From contig CDLV01000013.1 in NCBI GenBank assembly GCA_001244265.2, forward strand, positions 558,001 to 622,000: a DNA stretch of 64,000 nucleotides, written 5' to 3'. Every line of letters begins with the position of its first letter. Position 1 is the stretch's first letter. The notes beneath the pieces were generated by a model, which was given only the letters and a program-made list of their open reading frames with translations, did not search any database and was not told the DNA's origin. Source of the stretch: Microbotryum violaceum (taxonomy: Eukaryota). A program made the translations under genes and the position numbers. Positions 26,646 through 38,550 of the stretch are shown here, in pieces.

Positions 26646-27521
26646 CCTGTATTGTCCTAGTTTTGTTTGTGGAGCTGGAATCTGCCTAGACCAGTGCCGC
26701 TGCGTTGCTCAAGAACCCACGTCCTGCGTGTCAGGGGTCGAGGGATGGGTGCTGAGGGCGGCAAACTGTGCTTGATGAGGTCGTGCCGCAGCGAGGTATC
26801 GGCGTCAAGTGACCGATAAGTCTCAGAATTCCTGTACACGGTGCTCCCAACAAGTTCGAGCGAAGTATATCGCGGCGAACGGGGTGGCTATTGAGTCTGG
26901 CCGGCCTCAGACCTACGACGGCCCTGCGACTGGCGGTCTCACTGCGTGGAAAGGAGCTTGTCTCCCCGTGAGCCCGATGACGGGGTTGCGTGGGGACTCA
27001 GTCAGCTGTCTGGTAACACATTTGCGACTGAATTTGAAGAGTACCAGAGATATTGACGGAGTAAAATGGAGATGCACTTTCAATGCACAGGCCTGGTACT
27101 GGACCCCATACGCCGCGTCGAACGCACCGCCGACCGTGATCTCCGAACCGTTACCGCGGACGAATTTGAGCATCTCCGTCCGTGCGACGGTGCGGAGGGG
27201 CACGTGACCTGAAGCAGACGCCTTGGCTAATAAAGGCTTCACCGTCCGCCGGGTCGATGCGCCAAATACGCCGTAAGAATGATGTGTGATCATTCGCTTG
27301 CATCCTACGATGTAAGCGACTGCCGACCAACGAGGCAGCTGCGCAGGTGAGCGTGTTCGCCGGAAAGTGGGGCAGCTTCAAGTTGGGAGCAGTGTTCCGG
27401 ACTTTGCCACGTGTCTCCCTTACGGGCGCGCTGCGACGACGGGCGTTGTTGCTCTGATTCGGTTCACCGCCTTGCCATTCGGAGAACGCGCTCTGCCGAG
27501 GTGGTCAAAACGTCCAAGTCG

Positions 27522-30500
27522 ATGAGCCGTGATCGGTCGACATGGGTCATGCTGTCACTGCTGTCGCTGGCCGGCGCGCTTCTGTTCGCGCGAGGCTTCT
27601 TCCCCGTCAAGCCCCTATTGGACGGCTATAGCACCCCGTATGGACATACGAATCAATATCAGCCGTCTATCATTGCACATGGTGCTCAACCCAAGGATGG
27701 ATCTGACGCATACGTGCCGTTCGATCGCCTCGCGTTCATCCTCGTCGACGCCTTGCGAAGGTCAGTCGGCGGGCGGGTGTATCGAATGCGAGCGACGCCA
27801 AACTTGGCTTACCTGGTAGTCACTTTTGATACCCGCAGTGACTTTGCGTTCGGCCCGACGTCACAAATGAGCTTTGTGCATTCGTACGTGGCCCTGATCT
27901 CCCACCCCCACTTTGGCGGCCTCTGAATTCCGCTGACGACATTATCCTACTAGATTAATCGATGATAATCGGGGAGTACCTTTCACCGCTTTGGCCCAAG
28001 CTCCGACAGTCACATTGCCCCGGCTCAAAGCTCTGACCACCGGCTCAAATCCCACTTTCTTGGATGCGATCATGAATTTGGCCGAGGGGACCGCGCCAGT
28101 TCTTCAGAACGTTGACTCTTGGGTCAGGCAGCTCGCCCTCGGCGATGAAGCCGTGGGCAGGAAACCAATGAAAGTCGTTTTTGCTGGAGATGATACTTGG
28201 CTGCGCATGTTCCCGGAGGAGTGGTTTAGCTGGGCCGAGGGAGTATCGAGTTTCTTCGTTTCGGTCAGTCCGAAAGAACACTGCTCTCAAGTTTCGGACT
28301 TACGGCATATGATTGACCAGGAGTCGGCATTACTACAGGACACCGTGACCGTTGATACAAACGTCACACGACATCTCGACGCGCTTCTCTCACGGACATC
28401 GTCTTCAACCAAATCCCCACCAGCGGACTGGGACGTCCTCCTCCTCCACTATCTCGGCCTCGACCACGTAGGCCATCTTGGAGGTCCCAACAGCCCACTC
28501 ATGCATCCGAAGCAAGTCGAAATGGATAAAGTTGTGGAAAGAATTTTCAAGACATTGGAAGAGCGTGATCGAGCCGACGAGAAGCATAGTTTGCTTGTTT
28601 TGGTCGGAGATCACGGCATGAACGAGATCGGCAATCACGGTGGCTCATCGGAGCCGGAGACGACGGCAGCCTTGCTGATTGCCTCACCAACAAGAAGTAT
28701 GAGGCAGCACTCTGATCGACCTGTGGAATCAAGGGCCGAAAACCCCTATCGACTGTACGAGGTTGTCAAACAAATCGACCTCGTACCGACGCTTAGCGTC
28801 CTCTTCGATCTGGGGGTCCCCACAAACTCGATGGGGAAGCTTATCGAGAGTGTCGTCGCCGCATACGGTCCAAAAAACATGCCATCCTGCCTTGAAAGAA
28901 ATGCGCGGCAGCTTGAACGCGTATTAGATGCCGCCTCGCCAGGAGCTTCGGCTGGGATTGCTTCTCAGATAGTTGGAAGTGACCGCCTGAGCTTGGAGGG
29001 AGATGTCAGAGAGGTGCGTGATGACCTATTCTCGTAACACCCGGCCGAAAGCGCGTGCTGAGGCCGAGAGACGTGTTGTGTCTCACAGTTCATCCTCCGA
29101 GCACAAGATCGGCTCATGTCGACGTTCGCGGAGAGCGATCTGCGCCCGATGGTGTTCGGTCTGATCTTACAAGCCAGCACGGCGGCTCAAGCCCTGTTGA
29201 GGACAAGAAGAACTCTCGATGGCTCGAGCAGCTCGACCTGCCGCTTCCTCGTCGCTGCGACTTTGCTGGTGTATCTAGGGACGTACTTCGCGACGAGTTT
29301 CATCGAGGAAGAGCACGAGTTCTGCTTCTTCGGAGCGGCCTCGTCCTTGCTGCTTCTGGCTTCGAGGTGAGCCAACTTCACACAGGAGTCTAGACCCAGG
29401 CAGGAGCTGACGGACCTCACATGAGTAGGCCGAAAGCACTACTGCACGTGCGAGTCATGCTACTTGTAGCTGCAATCTCTGTGAGGCTCATGAGAGGCTG
29501 GTCTTTCAACGGTATGTGAATACCCAATCGATTGCGTTGCTGGACAGGCCGCTGAAACTATTGACTTGTGCCATGTAGGCCAGAAGAGCGTGCCGAACGA
29601 GAGCCTGACGGCTCTGCTTGCCGCATCACCCCCGGCCTTCAGTCATCTCCTCAGCGGTTTTAGCCTACTTTTCGGGGCTGCGATCCCATTGTACTCCTTA
29701 GTTTGTGCTGCGAAGCCGATACCCCACCTAAGCCGCAGAATGCCCCTCTCGACCCTGCTTTTGAGGGCACTTTCATTTGGCACGCTCGTAACTCTGTCAT
29801 TGCTCCACGCGGCCGTTAATCTCATCCTCAAGTTGTTCAACGCCTCCGCAAGCTCAACGCTGTCTGATTTGGGACTTGGAGACCCTGTCGAGCTCTCCAG
29901 GATCAGCTTTGGTCTCGGGGCAGCGACTTGGCTCATGGCACGTATTTACCAATCTGCAGGCTCTTCAGATGCGCGCACTTACAAAGGTGAGCCGATGCTC
30001 GTGTTCTCGTAGTTGAACAGGGCAAACGCTGAGTTCTTACTCTCGCCACATCCAGTGCTTCAGCTTTCGGCCATCGCCTCGACCCTCATGACGGTGTCCA
30101 GACCGGCGAACCTCTTCCTCTTCCCTATCCTCTGGCTTCAATATTTCCTCCTTTCGAACCTCAACTTTGGCCCCGTCATTTCTTCCTTCCTCATCCTCCT
30201 CCTCCAACGTGTCGCCTTCTTCGCCTTCGGCGGCTCCAACTCGCTCGCGACGATCGATCTCTCGAACGCTTATACGGGTCTTCGATCCTACTCGGTCCTC
30301 CCCGTCAGTCTCCTCACCTACGCCTCCAACTTTGCCGGTCCCATATTCTTCTCCACCTCTTCCCTCCTCCCCCATTCGACCCTTCCTTACACAACGACCT
30401 TTCACTCTTTGTCCTTATTGGCGTTGTGCGCCTCGGCGACTCATTTCCGCCAACACTTGTTCACGTGGACGGTCTTCTCCCCCGCGGTGTGCTATCAGAT

Positions 30501-30558
30501 CGTCTGGTCCTCGTTCGGTCATCTCTTGACTAATGTATTCCTACAAGCATTGCAATGA
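27522..30558 (+). CDS. GPI7: GPI ethanolamine phosphate transferase 2 (PIG-G)
   Basis: LFARGFFPVK, ILVDALR, PTVTLPRLKALTTGS, GDDTW, LHYLGLDHVGH, GDHGM..GNHGGSS, SFIEEEH, GGSNSLATIDLS, FRQHLFTWTVFSP. Confidence 0.93.
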
Positions 30559-32524
30559 TCAAGCATGTACTCCACCATTCTGCTTTCTCAAGCCAGCTTT
30601 GCCCTCCGGGATCCGAGCCGTCCAGCCCGACCCATACTCTTTCAGCAACCCATCCACATTCGTCCTCACTTCCTCATCCGAAAGTCCCTCGACCCTTCGT
30701 CGTCCCAAGAAACCAAAATTCTTCGTCGAAGGGATCCTTAACGCTTCCCGTTCAGGAACGAAGCCGCACAAGATCGTTAGGTGCGCGAGGTATAATTGGA
30801 AAGCGTGGGCTCGTCCGGTAGAGAGGATTGGAGCGGGGGCGAAGAAAGGAGTCATCAAGTTCGAGTCTGATGGAGAGTCGGATGATGGACCCAGGTCGAA
30901 ATCTAGGACGTGCTGAGGGATCGTGTAGTGTAAGGCTGTGAAGCGTCCGGAGAGGGTATGGTGACAGCATGGGATATTGAGGAACTTGGCCCCTGGCGTT
31001 CTAGAAGCGAAAAGCGGGATCCAAGGTGTCAACTCGTCGGCGTGGTTGGCTATGAGGAAACTGTTGATGGGGAAGGGAGGATCGTCTGCGGTGAGCAGAG
31101 CTGGTGGATCGAGAGATTGGGTTCGGAGGTCCGGTTGCGGGGTGTAGTGCGCCCAGGATTTGCGCGCTCGGAGGTCGAGTCCGTAGCCTGGATAACCTTC
31201 GCTTGAAAGAAGGTGGACTCTGCACGGGAAGAAAAAGACCGCAGGACATGAGCGTATGGTCGGTTCACTGCGAACTGGGTAGTATTAACGTACAAGAGCC
31301 CATTCCCGCACCCAACATCGACGAATCCTCCCGGTGGTTTGCCATCCGAGTCGGCGTACATGTCCCGCCAGACGACAATAAGCCAAGCAGCAATCGCAAC
31401 CTGAGGCATGCCAAAGTGAAGCATTCAGCTCCGGAAATCTTCTTTCGCGGTGAAAACCTCATCTTAAGAGTTGCACTCACATCCTCGAATAAGTGCTTCT
31501 GCGGATCCGTCTCTTCCTTCCACTCCTGGGCCATCCATCTGACAAAAGTGATGTGCGCAGCATGGGCCGGATCGTTCAAGTCAGTTCTGTCCACGTCGAC
31601 GCACTCCCAAGTCAGAGAAACTCTCATGACCATGGCTCTGTAGATCTCCTCTCCAACTTACTCGTATTTCCCCTTGAGGCACCTGTACAGATCCTGAACA
31701 TTCTCCTTCCTCGCCAGCAAGTCATGAAAGACCTTCTTGTCGTACCCCTTTACCATCCCTGACCCAACGGTGTGGAGGAACCCGAGCAAACGGAGACAGG
31801 ATCGATAGATGCGTTCGGAGGCTTTGTTGGATTGCGAAGGATCGGTATTGGGTAGGGGGATAATGTCGATCCTGACCGTTGCCGAGGAGGAGGAAAATTC
31901 TGCTCCGCCTTCGGCTTCATCGTCTTCCAGACCCGTCGCAACGGGTGTAGACGGGATGTAGCAAAAAGCCAGAGCAACGACTTGTGGGTGATAATAAGGG
32001 AGTTTGGAGTTGGCCACCTCGGGCAAAGATTCAAAGTCGGGTCTCAAGATGACGGCGCCTTCTTCGTCCGTCTCGGAAGAGCGGAGATGCTCTGCCAGTT
32101 CATCATCGACTGGTTGCTGCGACCGCGGCCGTGAATAAACGCGACAATCTTGCGTCATTTCCCAATCGAACTTTCGCTTGGGTAACAGCCTCCTCCTAAT
32201 CTTGCGGTGACATTGGAACCCTGCCAGTTCATTATCGTCCTGTCCCGACTCTCCGAGCGCAATATCGTGAATGAGATCGGCGCGGAGGATGGTCGTACTG
32301 AGATGCTCGGGGTGGGAGGTCATATCGATACATGCTTGATGGAAATGCGAGAGGGAGAAATTGGCGGGAGAGGATACGATCGGGAACCAGTCTTGCGTGA
32401 TTGAGCTGAGACGAGGCAGGGTGGGATCAGGTGCTATTGTGGTGTGATCTGTGAGTCGAGTCGGGATGAGGCGACTTTTGGGAGCTGGAGGGGTGATAGA
32501 AGAGATAGGTTCGGGTTGAACCAT
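30559..32524 (-). CDS. TRM44: tRNA(Ser) Um44 2'-O-methyltransferase
   Basis: PYYHPQV, GYDKKVFHD, WKEETDPQKHLFED, FVDVGCGNGLL, NHADELTPWIP, IPCC, EALRIPSTKN. Confidence 0.92.
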
Positions 32525-32738
32525 TCTTGTAGGGCTAGAGACAAGGCGGAGGTCAGAGTGTGGGGGGAAAGAGGAGAGGAGCTTCGCAGCACAGTCGTCG
32601 ATCACTTTCGATCACGTTAATCGCCGTCGGAGATTCCCGAACTCGCACCGAGTGCTCTGCTCTGCTCCGCTCTCCTTTCCCTTCCGCTTCAGTCAACCCT
32701 CTTAATCACACTTCAATCAGCACGTCTCCCTGCCGATC

Positions 32739-33161
32739 ATGTCCAACCCATCCACACCCACGCCTCATCAGCAATACGCGCTCAGTCGCAACGAGGAAGC
32801 CAAGGTGTTGGCCCAGTGCAAGATAGATGCCCTCCGCCACTGCGAGGTCGAAACAGCCTGTACGTACCACCGTAGCATTTCGACAGACGAGGCTCATCCT
32901 CCATTCATTCACCGCACAGCCTTCTCAGAATGCGCCGAAGGTCGAACGGTTTCGGTCGCTTGGAAGTGTCGCCAGCAGTTCAGGGTCATGCAAGCGTGCA
33001 TGGCAGTACAGCAAGTCGCTTGATATCTTTAAACAGGTTCATGGCGATCTTACCTCATAGCTGACCGCTCTGGTGTTTCCTGCAGCATGACCGAGGAGAA
33101 GCAAGACCAGGCCAAGCTGAGATATCTGGAGGATCGACGAGGCGGCGTCGCGTTGCCTTGA
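32739..33161 (+). CDS. CMC1: COX assembly twin-CX9C protein
   Basis: ALSRNEE..C-x7-C..FSECAEGRTVSVAWKCRQQFRVMQACM; three exons, the second intron GC-AG. Confidence 0.85.
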
Positions 33162-33310
33162 CACAACACTTTGCATACTTCTCTTTATCTCTCTTATCTC
33201 GAACCTCTCCATGTTGTACAAGTCTAGCAACGCACAAAAACCTTACGATTATCAAATTACAAGAAACCCCCATTCTCACAAAGTATCCAGCCGAACCTAC
33301 TCCTACGCCC

Positions 33311-35012
33311 TCACGCCCTCACGCCTTCCAAAGTTCTCCTCTCCCCGTCCTGACCCATGACATCGACGTCCTGTCCCCTCCCTTTCATCCCCTTGATCAA
33401 CCTCTTACCCAACACACTCTTGAGCAACTCGTTGGCCTTGAAGCTCGAGCGCACCAACGGACCCGAAGCCCAGTACAGGAAGCCAAGTCGCTCGGCCTCC
33501 CGCCCCCAGTGATCGAATTGTTCCGGCGTGACGTAGGAAGAGACCTTCATGTGCTTCTTGGTTGGCCGCATGTATTGTCCGAATGTGACGACGTCAACAT
33601 CGACCTTTCGCAGTTCTGTGAAGGGGCGGATCCGAGCAGCACGATCAGCCTTTGAGGAGCACGTGAGAGAGGGAACGCCATTGCTCGCAAGTCTCACCCT
33701 TTAGTGTCTCCAGGACGTCCTCGTCCGTCTCGCCTACACCCAACATGATGCTCGTCTTGGTGATCAATCCCGGTTTCGCCTCCTTGGCGACCCTCAACAC
33801 TTCCAACGACTGTCGGAACTTCGCGCGCGGGTCTCGCACGAACGGCGTTCGGTTCTCGGTCGTTTCCATGTTGTGCGCGTACACGTCCAATCCTGATCGG
33901 GCGACGAGGGAGATGGCGTCCTTGTCGCCTTGGAAATCGCCTGTCAAGGCTTCAATTAGGATGTGAGGGGCTCTGTTGGGGGAGATTTAATAAAAGCACG
34001 GGTCAGGTCGATTTATGAGATGGAATGAAGCAGTTGTAGCTGCCGATGGCTCACTTTGCTTTGGTTTTTCGGATCGTCTCGGAAAAGTGAGATGCTCCTC
34101 CGTCGGCAATATCTAAAGAGAAAAAGAGGCGAAACCCAAAGATTTCTTTGAGCAATCAGCAACCCTGAGCTCCACGACCGCAGCGAGGCCTCCCTCTTAG
34201 CGCGGAAATTGGATCATCATGACTCACCATCACGGTCAACACTGGTCATAACGATGTACCCAACACCCCAGCGAGAAATTGCTTCGGCGGTGTTTTCAGG
34301 CTCATGTACGTCGAGAGGCGGCGGTAGTTTGGCGGTCTTGATCGCGCAGAAACGACATCCTCGGGTGCAAGTGTCACCCATGAGCTGTAGGATCGATTCA
34401 TTGATTAGGCTTGATTAAGTGCAAAGAAGCAACAGATGCAATAACGCACCATGATGGTCGCGGTCGCATCACCCTTGTCGCCACCCCAACACTGGCCGAT
34501 GTTGGGACACCTCGCCTCTTCGCACACGGTGTGCAGCTTGAGCCCACGCAGATCGTTCTTGATCTTGTTGTAGGACGCAGACACGGGAACTTGGGTCTTG
34601 AGGTACGATGGGAGACGTTGACTGCAGCAACGAGCGAAGGAGGGTTGGTCAGCCTCCGAGAATAGGATGGGAATAGGATCCGACGGGTACGGCGGGTGCG
34701 GGTATGCTGTGCTTGAGGACGACCACTCACGCCTTCGATTTGGTGAACACGACTCGATTTTGAGATAGGCTTGACGATGATGATGGGGTCGAATCAGGTA
34801 GAAAGTCATCGACGGTCAACAGATCAGCTCGCAAAGCCTCCAATCGCGGGCGGGCCGGGGACGGAGACGACGAGCTTTGAGTGGCGAGCGCTCGGATCGA
34901 ATGCGCCGTCGCTCGCTGGCTCATCCAGATAGAAGTCAGAGATGGGGAGCGAGGATCGTGTGGGAATGAACGGATCAACACTCACCTGTAGGGGTCGGGT
35001 GGTGGCCATCAT
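33311..35012 (-). CDS. LIP5: Mitochondrial lipoyl synthase (radical SAM)
   Basis: [65 protein letters not shown]. Confidence 0.96.
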
Positions 35013-36156
35013 ACTGGCAGAGGGTCGTTTCGTCGTGTGTGATCAAAAGCGACCGACGCGATTGGTCTTGCCAATCTGAGACGGGCACACGCGCGCGACG
35101 ATCGCCGCGGGAAACGATCCCTCCGGGTCCGTGCGCCGCGCTCTGTTTTCCGATCGGCGAATTTCGCGTTGCCCTCGATCATGACCACGCTTACCAAAGT
35201 TTATCAACTACGGTTCGGATCAAGATTTGGCTAATATAAAAGAGAACGTATTCAAAGAGAAATGAGGGGTGGCATAACGATCTCAGAGCCGGGGGGATAA
35301 ATCCAGGCGGTCGATCAAAAGCGGGCAGAGAAGAAGGCTTGTGATGACCTGGACGAGTCCCATTGATGATGTCCTCAAACTATTCGCTCCACGAGTCATT
35401 CTAGAGCAATCTAGCAAACGCAACCGCGACCCTACCGAGCGTTCCGACGACAGTCGTAGCTATTTTTATCGCCGATATATGAGGCGAGGAAGAAGAGGAA
35501 GCCGAACGAGACAAGCATCGTGGGACAACATTATAATGCTGAGGGTGCCGAGCTGCCGAGAGCAATCGTAAAAATAATGGTATTGATTGAGCACCCTTCG
35601 GTTCGGGGCCCGAGTGAGATTGAAACACCCCAAACTCAGGAGGGCTTGGTGCGTTGCTGCGCATATCATAGACAGGGAGGTTCTGACACCGACTCCGCAC
35701 TTGCCTTTATGAACGATGGTGTAGCGTGAATGCGACATGCGAAAGGAACAGTCATAAGCCTTGAAATGATTGGTATGAAGTCTGCACATTTCGAGGGCTG
35801 ATTACTGTACTCCCTTCTAGTGATCAAGTTAGGATCCACCAATCGGTCGCAACTAGTAGCAACTAGGCAAAAATGCCACCGATGGGGCGGCTCAGCTCCG
35901 AAAAAGGCTGATCAGGTCTGACAAATGGCGAGGAGAATACTCTGCTGAATTCCTGGAGTAAACAATATAGTTTATAGCGGGGGGTAATGATGTAGAAGTC
36001 CCGCCAAGGGGTATATAAAGACGGGAACTTGGGGTTGGTGATGATGTGCAGAGAAGGTCTAAAGATTTAACAAAAGGCTTGCATCGTGGTCGATATGATG
36101 TCACACGAAGTGAAGGATTCAGTGACGAGGGAGTCTGAGTAGGGATTCTTTGAAGA

Positions 36157-37235
36157 TCAGACCAACACCGCGAAAGCGACAGCGACCGCACCGAGACTTG
36201 CGACGAGTCGGATCGCTCCTTTGGACGACGGCCCCGCCGAGGACTTGCCGCCATTATCGCTGCTCGAACCACCCATCGAGCTGCCGCCATTACTACTGCC
36301 ACTGGCACCACTGGCACCACTACCACCACTGCCACTGGCACCACTACCACCACTGCCACCACTGCCACCACTGCCACTGGCACCACTACCACCACTGCCA
36401 CCACTGCCACTGGCACTTCCGCCTCCGGAGGTAATGTTGTTCCCGTGGGTTGGACCACCGCCTACGCTAGGGCCGCTGCCATTCGAAGCTTGGCCTGGAC
36501 CACCGCCTACGCTAGGGCCGCTGCCATTCGAAGCTTGGCCTGGACCACCGCCTACGCTAGGGCCGCTGCCATTCGAAGCTTGGCCTGTTCCGAAGCCTGA
36601 AGCCATGATATGGTAAAGGGATGGAAAGCAACATGACCACTGCTCAGTCTCGAGCTTGATCGCAGCTTTCCATCTCCCGAATCGGCCCATTCTCGGGTGA
36701 CCGTTCGCACACTGACCTTGATCCAAGCAAAACTTCTTGCCGGAATCAATGGCGTCTTGTTTATCTTGGGATAAGGAGCATTCTAACAAAGAAGCGAGCG
36801 GAATGCCCCATGTCAGTCATCTGATCTGACGGTCTTTTGGAGACATGGCCCGGAGCCGGCACGTTATCTCGACGAGGCTAGGAGCCCATTACACTCGCCG
36901 CTTTGCGTGCCTTATGTGGACCTACGAGTATCGAGGCAAGTCAATATCAAACTACGGTAGGCCGAGTCCGAACACTGGCAGGAAATGTTTGTCAAGTTTT
37001 TGCACTATGCGTGATGGGGTGGGTGAAGGACCCGAGGGGGTTCAGCATGGACCGCGATTCGCTACTGAGGAAATTGAGCATTGACCTCGGTTTGGGGAGC
37101 CACTTGCTGGGCGCATGTGATGCCACATAGCGGAATTGAGGCGTTAGATCCATCTCCGTTTGGGATACCGTCCGCGGCAATCATGGTCGCAGCGGACAAT
37201 GCGACGAAGAAGAGGGAATGAAGCGATGCGTACAT
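36157..37235 (-). CDS. Secreted, GPI-anchor-type CFEM-domain protein with Gly/Ser repeat stalk (CFEM-2)
   Basis: Four exons: MYASLHSLFFVALSAATMIAA signal; PLCGITC..CKNLTNISCQC..TCLDTQC..KKFC; GS-rich repeats; hydrophobic tail LVASLGAVAVAFAVLV*. Confidence 0.85.
36290..36585. repeat. Coding tandem repeats in CFEM-2
   Basis: Three identical 45-bp units at 36451-36585 (GQASNGSGPSVGGGP) plus a 9-bp-based (GGS/GAS) array at ~36290-36420. Confidence 0.9.
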
Positions 37236-37719
37236 TTCGGGTGGAGATTACCGCGAATCGTTTCTGTGGGAGGGATGGAGAAGGAACACAGAAGGGCGTC
37301 AGTCGAAACCTCTTGTCAATCGTCACAGCTCATTCGGCCTTTGTGACTTCTGAGACATGACAATTGATAAACAAATTGGCCCGGCTCCTGAATCAGCACG
37401 AACTCAGGAGGTCAAACGCGTTGCAAGAGACATCTCTGGCGCCGACCATAATTAGACAGGCGGTTTCAAAGGACCCCCACAAGTGAGGAAGACGGATTCG
37501 AGATGCGGTACACAAGATGTATTCGTAGATCGACTGCAATCGGGGCCGTTGCTCATGCTTCACGCTCAAAATATCTGCCGCGTCGTAAGGCTAGAGAGGA
37601 CAGAGGTGCTCCGATTCCCGGCCCCGGGTCGCCGAGGCATGAAGCGAGCTAATGTCACCACTTCCTGTCTCGGGGGCAGAGGTAACACGAGGAGCTACTT
37701 GCGCGAGGAGCCACTTGCT

Positions 37720-38550
37720 CTAGAATTCATGACTTTCAACTCAAAACTAGCTAGACGCTGAACTCGTCTTAGCACAGGTCCGTTCAACTCGGCGTTTGTA
37801 CCGCATCTGTACCCGCTTACGGCTAATTTACGAGATATCGCCCCACGAGGCAACAAATGTGTACCAAGGGCTCACTTACCGTAGGCACTATGCTATTGAC
37901 TACCGACGAGCTTGCACTACCCATGTAGGTACCACTTGGAAGAGGCTCAAGCTTTGCAACCTAATCGATCGTACCCTCAGCAGGCCTCAGCAGGCTCAGC
38001 TTGAAGCGCCGGTGTTTGGGCCCGTCCAAGTCGATGCTCGGAAGGTGCAAGGGTTTGATTCGTCAAGCTTAAGGGTCGCGAGGACTGCTGCAATCTGCTG
38101 TTGACGTGTTCGGGTCGTTTCAGGATCCTCCAAATCGTCAAATTTGTTTATAAAGGAACGAGAGGAACGAGCGACTTTCAAAACGTACTTTGATAAGTTG
38201 ATTCAAATAAGGAGAGGAGAGCTTGTCTCAGTTGTGGGCAAGGCTCGTGGGAGCTGCGCGCCCCTCAGAGGGTGAGAGGTTCGTTCTTCAACATCTAGTC
38301 ACATCCCGATGAAAGCCACTTGACTGGTGTCCGCTCTGTAAGGTCATCTGAAGGGGTATACCCGTTCGCAATGGCAGTCCTTCGGCAATAGTGAGCAGTG
38401 GACGTTAATTGGTTGGTTGAAGGATGATCCGAGATCGGACGAGGAGTCCACTCGATTAGAGAGGCTCCATCGAAGGAGGAAACACCACCGACCCCGTCCG
38501 AGAAGGCGGAGAAGGCTCAATAGTTTAAAGTTTAAAGTCATAAATTCCAG
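37720..38550. mobile_element. Putative non-autonomous DNA-transposon relic bounded by ~30-bp imperfect terminal inverted repeats
   Basis: CTAGAATTCATGACTTTCAACTCAAAACTA (37720-37749) versus the reverse complement of 38521-38550 (CTGGAATTTATGACTTTAAACTTTAAACTA): 25/30 match. No transposase ORF; TSD unclear. Confidence 0.55.
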
